Below the pieces are notes generated by a model, which was not told the DNA's origin, searched no databases, and saw only the letters and a program-made list of their open reading frames with translations. Of a stretch of DNA of 64,000 nt, positions 54,125 through 64,000 are shown in pieces. Every line of letters starts with the position of its first letter. The first letter of the stretch is position 1. Source of the DNA: the human T2T-CHM13v2.0 reference genome, Homo sapiens; assembly GCF_009914755.1 (NCBI RefSeq), contig NC_060936.1; one strand, written 5' to 3'. A program made the translations under genes and the position numbers.

Positions 54125-56057
54125 AGTAATGTCAGATTTCTTACCCTAAAAAGTCGCAGTTAACACTCTGATACGCAATTTATGAGAATATTTGTGATAT
54201 TTTAAATTATTCCAATAACTTTTTTAAAATTTGTGGGTGATGTTGGCCATAGTTCATTGACAATTCACATTTCTTCTTATGTAAATGACCTGCGCAGATA
54301 CTGTTTGCATTTTTAAATTAATTTTTTCTTATCATTTGCTAAGTGTGTAGGCATGTTACTGATATTAACACTGTTGATTACCATAAAAGTTGCACATATT
54401 GTCTTCTGGTTTGTGGTTTTGCTTTATTTAAAGTGATGAATGTATAGAAGAGAAATGCTGAGGAAAGATATCTAATATTAATGTTTCAGGTGATTTTGTT
54501 ATCTATTGGATTCTAGCTATAGATATTTCTAATTGGCGTAACATGACTCTAGCCTACACTATTTAGTAGAATAAAACTTTGTGATGTCAGTGAAAGAGAG
54601 CAATTCAACTTTATTAGTACTATGGTCTGATGCCTAGAAAAATAATATTGGACTTTTGTAGAACCGACTAATGGAAGTGAAAAAGAAGCAATGAAGTTTT
54701 CATAAATGTCAAGAGGAAAGTATTCTCAGTATACCATTTCTCATTCTGAGGGCATTAATGCCAGAGCGATTTGTTCTATAAATCAGACCCCAGTCTAACT
54801 CTCATTTCAAAATGCAATTAATAATTGACAGCTAAATAGGGGCGGAAATTTTTGGATTATTTGTAGGACATCTCTTGTTGCATTGTCTTACCTATAATTT
54901 TCACTGAGGTCAACAGGAGTTTTTTGCTGATGTGAGGAAAAGAGGCTGAAACATCTTCAGTCACTAAAATTTTCATGTTTACTAAATGAATTATTTTTTC
55001 TCTCTCTCCAGAGAGTTCAGTCAGTTCATAAAAAAGTGAAATAAGGTTAAATTAAAAATAAATCCTGCTGAAAAAGTCAAAAGTAATGAAAAGATGTACA
55101 TACAATTTTGCTATATTTAATATACTTCTTGGGACTAAACAATATATTTGCTTTTAAGATTCGTGATAACCAGAGAAAATCAGAAAATACAATGACATTA
55201 ATAGCTCTTTATTTTGAAAAGAAAGGAACTTAGCATGTTCTCTGGAAAGATAAGAATTTTCCTGTAAATGAATTCTAAATAAGTTTGAGATGGATTTTTT
55301 TTTTTCTAGTGAGATTGTACCTTTAGCATTAGTCCTTAAAAATCACTCCCATTTTTATTCTTTGGCTCAGTAAAATTATGGAATTATTTAAACATTTCAA
55401 AAGGCCATCTTCTGTTTATCTGAGGAGTGTTTATTAAGATGCCTTTGTTTTTTGTGGGTTCCTTTTAAGCTATTTCAGTAATATTGGGAAGAAGACAAGG
55501 TTAAGGAATTTCAGAAATGCATCATTTCTATGTTCATCCAGTTGTTAAGAGAAGAGCAGAAGCAAAACAAGTACATACAATAATTATGTAATGCTCCAAA
55601 TAAAATCTCAAATAGGATGCATTTTTCTTACTGAAAATATGAATGATGCTCCTTATTTTGGACATTTTTCAGCTTTTCCTATTACTTCAATGTTTGCATT
55701 TATAGAGATGTATTTGGAAAAGCTAATTGATACTTATTATTAGACAACACAATTAGCAGACAGGAAAGCATAAAAAAGATTACAAAAGAATGAATTTTAT
55801 GCTGAGTTAAATTACATGGCAGGAGGTGAAATAAAAATAAAAAGGCAAACACATACAGATGAGGTGTAAAGATTAAGCATTAGCCAGAGTAAAGGTGTTC
55901 ATAAGCCAGAAGAAGAACACAGAGTATTTGTACATAGTAACAGCCTATTCACACTGTATTTGTTATGCAGCATTTTCTTTGATCATTATTTTCATAATAC
56001 TCTTTAAAATAAGTGTAGAATAAAAAGAGAAGAAGAATAAGAATAATCTTATTCTTA

Positions 56058-56270
56058 CTTATTAGGTATCAAACAATTTTCTTGGTGATTTACCTGCAAT
56101 TATCATATCTAATCTTTAATAGTCTCTATGAACTGAGTGTTGCCATTATTCTTATTTTATACATAAATACACTTAGAGAGGTTAAACCACATACTTGAGA
56201 TCACACAGATAGTAAAAGGCAAAGCCTGGATTTACTAACTCCAGAACGTGGATGCTTATTCACAATACTG
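56058..56270 (-). mobile_element. MIR
   Basis: TTATTTTATACAT..CTTAGAGAGGTTAAA..GAGATCACACAGATAGTAAAAGGCAAAGCCTGGATTT. Confidence 0.75.
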
Positions 56271-57354
56271 TACAGTTTTCTCAAAAATTCTTCCTGGCTG
56301 GAGATTGTATTCCATTTCAATCATGTTTTCTTATTCAGTACTCATCAGTCTGCCGATTGCGCGTTGTTATCACTATATTATAGAAGAGGAACTTAATAGG
56401 GGTCCTTTCTTTCTTGCCATAAAGCAAGTTAGATAAGCCATAGATCCTACTGAATCATAGAATAACCATAAAAAGATATATCTACTATTCTAGTATTATG
56501 TATAGAATATGAAGAGAAGAAAATTTAAAAAGAAAAAAGGAGAAGCTTGTAAGAGGAACTACACCTGCTATTACTGATTTGGATTAAACAACTAAATAGA
56601 GAAATTACTGGGCCAAGGCAAATAGGTTCTTCTTTTGAGTTTCTATAGCGATTCTGTATGTATTACAAATATAGCACTTAAATTGAATTGCAGTAATTTA
56701 TTTATGAGTCTAGAATCTGTTAAAACAGTGGAAAGGACCATACTTTTTTAAAATTGTAAATTCCAGAATATGTTAAAATGTCAAATATATATAAAGTACT
56801 TTATAATACTGTCAATTATATAATTGACTGAATAAATTAATGAATGACAACGTCTAGAATCAGTAGATCTTTGATGTCTGTGTTGATACATTAGATATTT
56901 ATGTCATATTATCAAAGACTGAGAATGGATAAGCTAGATGGGAGTCTTAATGGGTACACCTAGACCAAGACCAAGCCACAGAATTTACAAAAGTATCCCA
57001 GTAAGGACAGGTAACAATATGGGTGTATCTTGGGCAATAGAAATTAAAGCATGGGTTATCTTGACTCAATCTGAAGGAATTACATATGGAAAGGCATGGG
57101 TAGAAAAAAAGAAACTGTGTCATTCTCATGATTAAAACTAGGATATAAGTTGCTAGCCAGATGAAAGAGGTATTTGGGGAAATTTTTCCCAAATGAATAC
57201 ATACAAAATTAGATAACACAATATAATATGATTACTCTCTGGAAACCGACTTGGAAACAGCGTCTTATACAGGATATGAGAGGAGAGTTAAATAGCCAAT
57301 TGTGGCTAATATGGATTCCAATATCATCTTTGAGTAATGTTTATTTATATACCC

Positions 57355-58630
57355 TGTTATTCATTCATCCAAAAAAAAATTTAATTGACATATCGCTTAG
57401 TCTTACACACCATCCAAACTGCTGGAAATACAACAATGAACAAAATAGAAAAAGAATGCCTCATGGTCTTAACTCTAGTGGTGAGAGATACACGGTAAGG
57501 ATAAGTATAAAGAAAACATCGATATGTCAGATCATGATAGATGATATAGAGAGAAATAAAGTAGATGAAGGGGATAGGGAGTATTGGAGAGAAAAAAAGA
57601 TAATTCTAATATAATTAAGATGTTTAGGGAAGGCTTCAGTGAGGAGACTTGTATGCAAACCTCAATAAAAAGAGAAAACTAGCAGCACAGCCCTCTGGGT
57701 TAGCAAATGCAAAAGTCCTGAGGCAGAAACATGGTATCTCTGAGGACAAGAACATACTAGAAATGCTGATGTGGAAAGATCTAGGGAAAAGAAGGCAGAT
57801 ATAAAATTATCAAGAAACTAAAAGCCAAATCTAGTTGAGACCTGGGGAAGAATGGGTTGTGCAGAGGCCTGCAACCCATTGTCTCCTTTTACTGAGAAAC
57901 ATCTGTGGAAAATAAGATTAACCAGTCAAATCTGCTTGCAAAGATGCCAGTAACAAAACTTTCTGGCAAACAAACTATCTGTATTTGCTAGTGAGAGAAT
58001 CCTTGTCTATGGAATGCTTTCAGCAGAATGTACCTACTATATAAAGAATTGCAGAGAATAAACAAACTTGGAATTGATTTATAGGGCATAGTTCTAGGAA
58101 AAAATGTCATGAACTTGAGAAGAATGTAGAGATATTTCATTAACCAAATGAAAGACTGAGCAAAGCTGCATATTTTACTTGGGGATTTCATATATTTATC
58201 TGCACCAGAGAAAATCCTGTTGTAGTGAGAAAGGACATGGGGAGCTGTGCCCTAGACCTTTCCTTGCTTTACCTGTGCCTCACAATTCCTTTTGTCCTTG
58301 AAAGCATTAGTAAAGCTTGACGCTAAGACCCCTGATTCACATGAGTCTGATTTTTCCAGTCTGACCTGTTGTGTTATCTAAGGACTTTAGAGCAGCTACT
58401 GTGAGGATTTTGACTCTTTCTCTGAATGAGATGTGAAGTTACTGGAGAGTTTTCAACAGAGAAGTAAAATCATATGATTTAAAATTTAAATTGGAGAACA
58501 GACTGTAGAGAAGCAAATAAACAGGGAAACAGTATTGCAACAATGTAAATGGAAACTTGTGGTGGTTTGGATCAAAACTGTAGCAGTAAATGTGGTAATA
58601 AGTGATTGATTTGGGGGTACTATGGCATAG
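57355..58630 (-). mobile_element. L2 (a-like) 3' region, interrupted at ~57843-58378
   Basis: ATTCATTCATCC..TGCTGGAAATACAACAATGAACAAAATAG; resumes GTGAGGATTTTGACTCTTTCTCTGAATGAGATG..GGAGAGTTTTCAACAGAG. Confidence 0.72.
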
Positions 58631-59396
58631 TGGCTATCCCGGATGACGAGATTCAAATTATAGCTCAATAGAAGAAATCTATAAGTACCATTGTTAAATA
58701 AACAATACAGTCATTCTAGAGAAGGACACAGAGCTATAACAGCCAGGAAGTTAATTCATTAAGATTAAAGTGACAAGAGATGATATCCTAAAAGACATAT
58801 TTGAGAAAATGTGGACAAATATTAAATACTAATATTAGTACTCAGACAGTAGTAATAATGAGCAGCAGACCTGAAGGAGAATTCTGATGCTAGCGTAGGT
58901 TCAGTTTCTCTTTGCTCACTTTCTAATTTTGTGTGTGTGTAGGAATGGCACAGAGTGAGTTTACACTTGGAAAAATAATTCACATTTAAGTTTAAGGTCA
59001 TTTATTTTTATTTCTGAATATTCCATTGGATGAACACACCATCATTTGATCATCCTTTCATCTATTGATAGACATTTGCAATATTTTCAATGTTTAGTAT
59101 TACAAATAAAGGTGCTATTAACATTTATGTACAAGTTTTTGTGTAGACATATAGGATTTATATTCCTTTTCAAAATGTGCTCTTATCTCCCATGACCACC
59201 TTTTCATATTTTGTTTGTTGATTTAAGAATGACTTTCATTTTAGGTGTCTATTTTAGATTGATCTTAGGGCTGCTTCTAACTCCCCTCTTTTCTGTGATG
59301 TTTTTATATGGGCTGCACTGACTCTCCATGCATTGAGAGAGTGCTTTCCATGATTACAGGTAATTTAAAGATTGGGCATTTTCTACCTTTTAGTTA

Positions 59397-60341
<945 letters not shown>

Positions 60342-60561
60342 AACACTTTTTTTAAAAATGTAATTACCTTTCCTAAGGCTTGAAGATAGTAAAGAAAATG
60401 CAAAAAAAAAAAAAATGTAAACCTCAGATATTAGTATCTATCCCCTTAATGGCCACTCAACTTGATCATTTATAGACAGTTATTACAGTTTTCCTCCATC
60501 TACATGCTGGTATTCCGTTACAGAGAACCTGTCCTATCAGACAATAGGGGATCAATATATA

Positions 60562-60928
60562 TGATACGGTTTTGCACTGTGTCCCAATCCAAATTTCATC
60601 TTGTAGCTTCCATAATTTCCATGTATTGTGGAAGGGACCCGGTGGGAAATGATTGAATTATGAGGGTGAGTCTTTCCCGTGCTGTTCTCGTGACAGCAAG
60701 TAAGTCTCTCGAGATCTGACAGTATCATAAGGGGGAGTTTCCCTGTCCAATCTCTCTCTTTGCCTGCTGCCACCCACATAAGATGTGACGTGCTCCTCCT
60801 TGCCTTCTGCCATGATTCTGAGGCCTCCCCAGCCACGTGGAACTGTAAGTCCAATTAAACCTCTTTCTTTTGTAAATTGTCCAGTCTCAGGAATGTCTTT
60901 ATCTGCACCGTGAAAACAGACTAATACA
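60562..60928 (+). mobile_element. THE1B-like solo LTR
   Basis: TGATACGGTTTTGC...GTGAAAACAGACTAATACA; exact TSD ATATA at 60557-60561 and 60929-60933. Confidence 0.95.
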
Positions 60929-61700
60929 ATATATTTGAGAGATGTTGCATGATTGTGTTCTCTTCTGGTATATTCTCTAGCTCCTATTCCAGTACCCCAA
61001 CATTATCTCATGGATTATATAAGAGTCACCCAAAACAAACCAGCACAAGAAGGTTGCATCATAATCATCTCTTCAGAGAGGCACCCTCTACTAGTGAAGT
61101 GACCTATCAACATCATTGTGTAGAAGGATGAATTTAATAATCTGAAACACCTGTACTTGGGTTGTTTTACTGACTCGGGTCTTCATTAAGTAAATAATTA
61201 GGTGACACAATTTTATGTTTAACAAATCATCCTCCACTAGGATCAATTAAGAAGTGTATATCAAAGACAATTTCCAGTTTCCACACTTATTACCAATAAG
61301 AAATCAATGATATTCTAATCTAGCTGAAGACCAGCATGGTTCCACTATAAGAAGTATCCTACTGCTTCTTCTTTCTCCCTTAATTCACTCATAATACAAC
61401 TAGTATTTAAGAAAAAAATAAGATTAAGCAGATATGACTAAAACAAATGAAGAGAGACTTATGTGTGTGCATATGTGCGGAATTCCCATTTATTCATGTT
61501 TGTATTTGTAAAGAAAATCCCAAAAATATAACAGAAGAAAATAAGATGTGGCTAGCATGCATGCAATCAAGAAATAGTTCCAAAATACTGTAAGTATGTG
61601 GGAAAATATAGTCACCTTAGTGTTTAATAATAATTTTCATTTAGCTAATGTTTTTAGTCTATTCTCTAAAGAGAATATCCTATCTCTAAAGAGATAGGAT

Positions 61701-62800
61701 AGGCAATACCATTCAAGACAGAGGCATGGGCAAAGACTTCATGACTAAAACACCAAAAGCAATGGCAACAAAAGCCAGAATTGACAAATGGGATCTAATT
61801 AAACTAAACAGCTTCTGCACAGCAAAAGAAACTATCATCAGAATGAACAGGCAACCTACAGAATGGCAGAAAATTTTTGCAATCTATCCTTCTGACAAAG
61901 GGCTAATATCCAGAATCTACAAAGAACTTAAACAAATTTACAAGGGAAAAACAAACAACCCCATCAAAAAGTGGGCGAAGGATATGAACAGATACTTCTG
62001 AAAAGAAGACATTTATGCAGCCAACAAGAATATGAAAAAAAGCTCATCATCACTGGTCATTAGAGGAATCGAAATCAAAACCACAATGAGACAACATCTC
62101 ACGCCAGTTAGAATGGTGATCATTAAAAAGTCAGGAAACAACAGATGCTGGTGAGGATGTGGAGAAATAGGAACACTTTTACACTGTTGGTGGGAATGTA
62201 AATTAGTTCAACCATTGTGGAAAACTGTGGCGATTCCTCAAGGATCTAGATCCAGAAATACCATTTGACCCAGCAATCCTATTACTGGGTATGTACCCAA
62301 AGGATTATAAATCATTCTACTATAAAGACACATGCAGATGTATGTTTGTTGAAGCACTGTTCACAATAGCAAAGACTTGGAATCAACCCAAATGCTCATC
62401 AATGATAGACTGGATAAAGAAAATGTGGCATATATACACCGTGGAATACTATGCAGCCTTAAAAAATGATGAGTTCATGTGTTTGGCAGGGACATGGATG
62501 AAGCTGGAAACCATAATTCTCAGCAATCTAACACAGGAACAGAAAACCAAACACTACATGTTCTCACTCATAAGAGAGAGTTGAACAATGAGAGCACATG
62601 GACACAGGGAGGGGAACTTCAGACATCAGGACCTATCAGGGGTTGGGGGGCTAGGGGAGGGATAGCATTAGGAGAAATACCTAATGTATATGACTGGTTG
62701 ATGGGTGCAGCAAATCACCATAGCAAATCACCTATGTAACAAACCTGCATGTTCTGCACTTGTATCCCAGAACTTAAAGTATATATATATATAAAAAGAG
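61701..62800 (+). mobile_element. 5'-truncated L1PA (PA6/7-like), ~1.1 kb
   Basis: ORF2 C-terminal remnant ([27 protein letters not shown]) plus 3' UTR; TSD AGAGATAGGAT at 61690-61700 and 62801-62811. Confidence 0.96.
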
Positions 62801-64000
62801 AGAGATAGGATGATAATTCATAATACATGGTTAAATAATACATAATACATTTTTGTTCCGTGTATAAAATATGATTATTTTATAATAAGGCTCAGAGTTT
62901 TATTTGGTTTGATAAGAAAACACCAGAGATTGCAGAATGTTGTGCTTTCCTTAATATTTGTGTTTCTAATATTCTTTGAACTTTATAATATAAAGTCTTT
63001 TTGTGACAGGTTAAATTTAATGGTAGTAATAATATGAATTAACTTGAGGACAGGAAATCACTGGAAAACAATTTAAAATTATTACTAATGCATTAAGTAA
63101 TGTGGTAAAATTATCAATCATTTGGAAATTAGTCTAAAAAATCATTTTAGAAAAATTTGCAAATTTTGAGTTCAAACGTAGCCTCTAAATATTTGATCCC
63201 ATAAGAAATTATTTGGTGTGAACTGATTTTACTAAGAGTTCAACCATGTATAATAATAATTATTGGAGGTAGTATTTCCTTATTAATATGAGAAAGCAAT
63301 ACATTTTAAGAAGTGAATAATTTTATTTCTAAGCCTAATAGATTTGCCATAAAATGAGTATTCAGTTACCTTTTCCATCTTTTCTCACAAAGCTAAATTG
63401 AATTTAAAATGAAAACTGAAAAAAAGGGGCTCAGAAATATTTGGTAACCATTAGGAACCTGCAGAAAGATTTTTCAGGTTTTTTTCTTTCCCTTGAAAGC
63501 CCAGGAAAACTAAGTTAAAAGCTCTGTATACTGAATGATTTACATCCTGTTGTGATTCAGTGACTTTAAGTGTTAACTGAAGTTTTTCTTTGTGAGACAT
63601 AGAATAGACCACGAAGAACTTTTTGCCAGTTGTATTATGTAGTGCACCATTACTCCTAAATGCAGTAGCATATTTTACTTCTTGGCATTTATCCTATTTT
63701 CTTTTTATTTTTTCTAAAAAATAAAAAAGGATATCATAGCAGCTATTATTAAGTATAAATTAGATATATGTTCCTAGTCATATTCTTTCAAACAACCAAG
63801 CCTTTTTTTCCTATTTTCTTTTTCTTGTTGTTTCATTTCTATTTTGAAGAAATAATTGTAGCTTTACTTGTATGGTCTGAGGCCAGACTAAAGAGTGTGT
63901 ATTTCTCTGAATATAACAACAATCATCTATTTATTTATGTAGTAATTCACTTAGTTTTGATATTTTATTCAATTACCAGTTACTGACTGCATACAATGTA

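Noticed and set aside
56038-56057. Hairpin TAAGAATAA-TC-TTATTCTTA
   Set aside because: A 9-bp, almost all A/T stem in low-complexity sequence; plausible by chance.

Overview
AT-rich, CpG-poor primate non-coding DNA, almost certainly human because it carries a near-consensus AluYb8 at 36061-36372. I see no protein-coding gene, RNA gene, CpG island or CRISPR array. The listed ORFs are decayed LINE-1 ORF1/ORF2 pieces, Alu/LTR read-through, low-complexity repeats or chance. Much of the window is layered transposon fossils: L1PA and older L1M LINEs, Alus, ERVL-MaLR (THE1, MST, MLT1) and ERVL (MLT2, LTR16, LTR33-like) LTRs, Tigger3, MER5A, MER20, L2 and MIR. I did not find a new biological system. 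The most notable items are mechanistic: two twin-primed (5'-inverted) L1s with exact TSDs, one inverting only ~27 bp; a tail-less internal L1 ORF1/ORF2 fragment; an L1MA keeping both ends but with a large internal deletion; a two-LTR MLT1 provirus with a nested MLT2 solo LTR; two Alus sharing a triplicated target site; a 100-bp-period polypurine VNTR; and fold-back (template-switch) scars. Subfamily names come from remembered consensus sequences and need RepeatMasker/Dfam confirmation. Boundaries of old elements are approximate.
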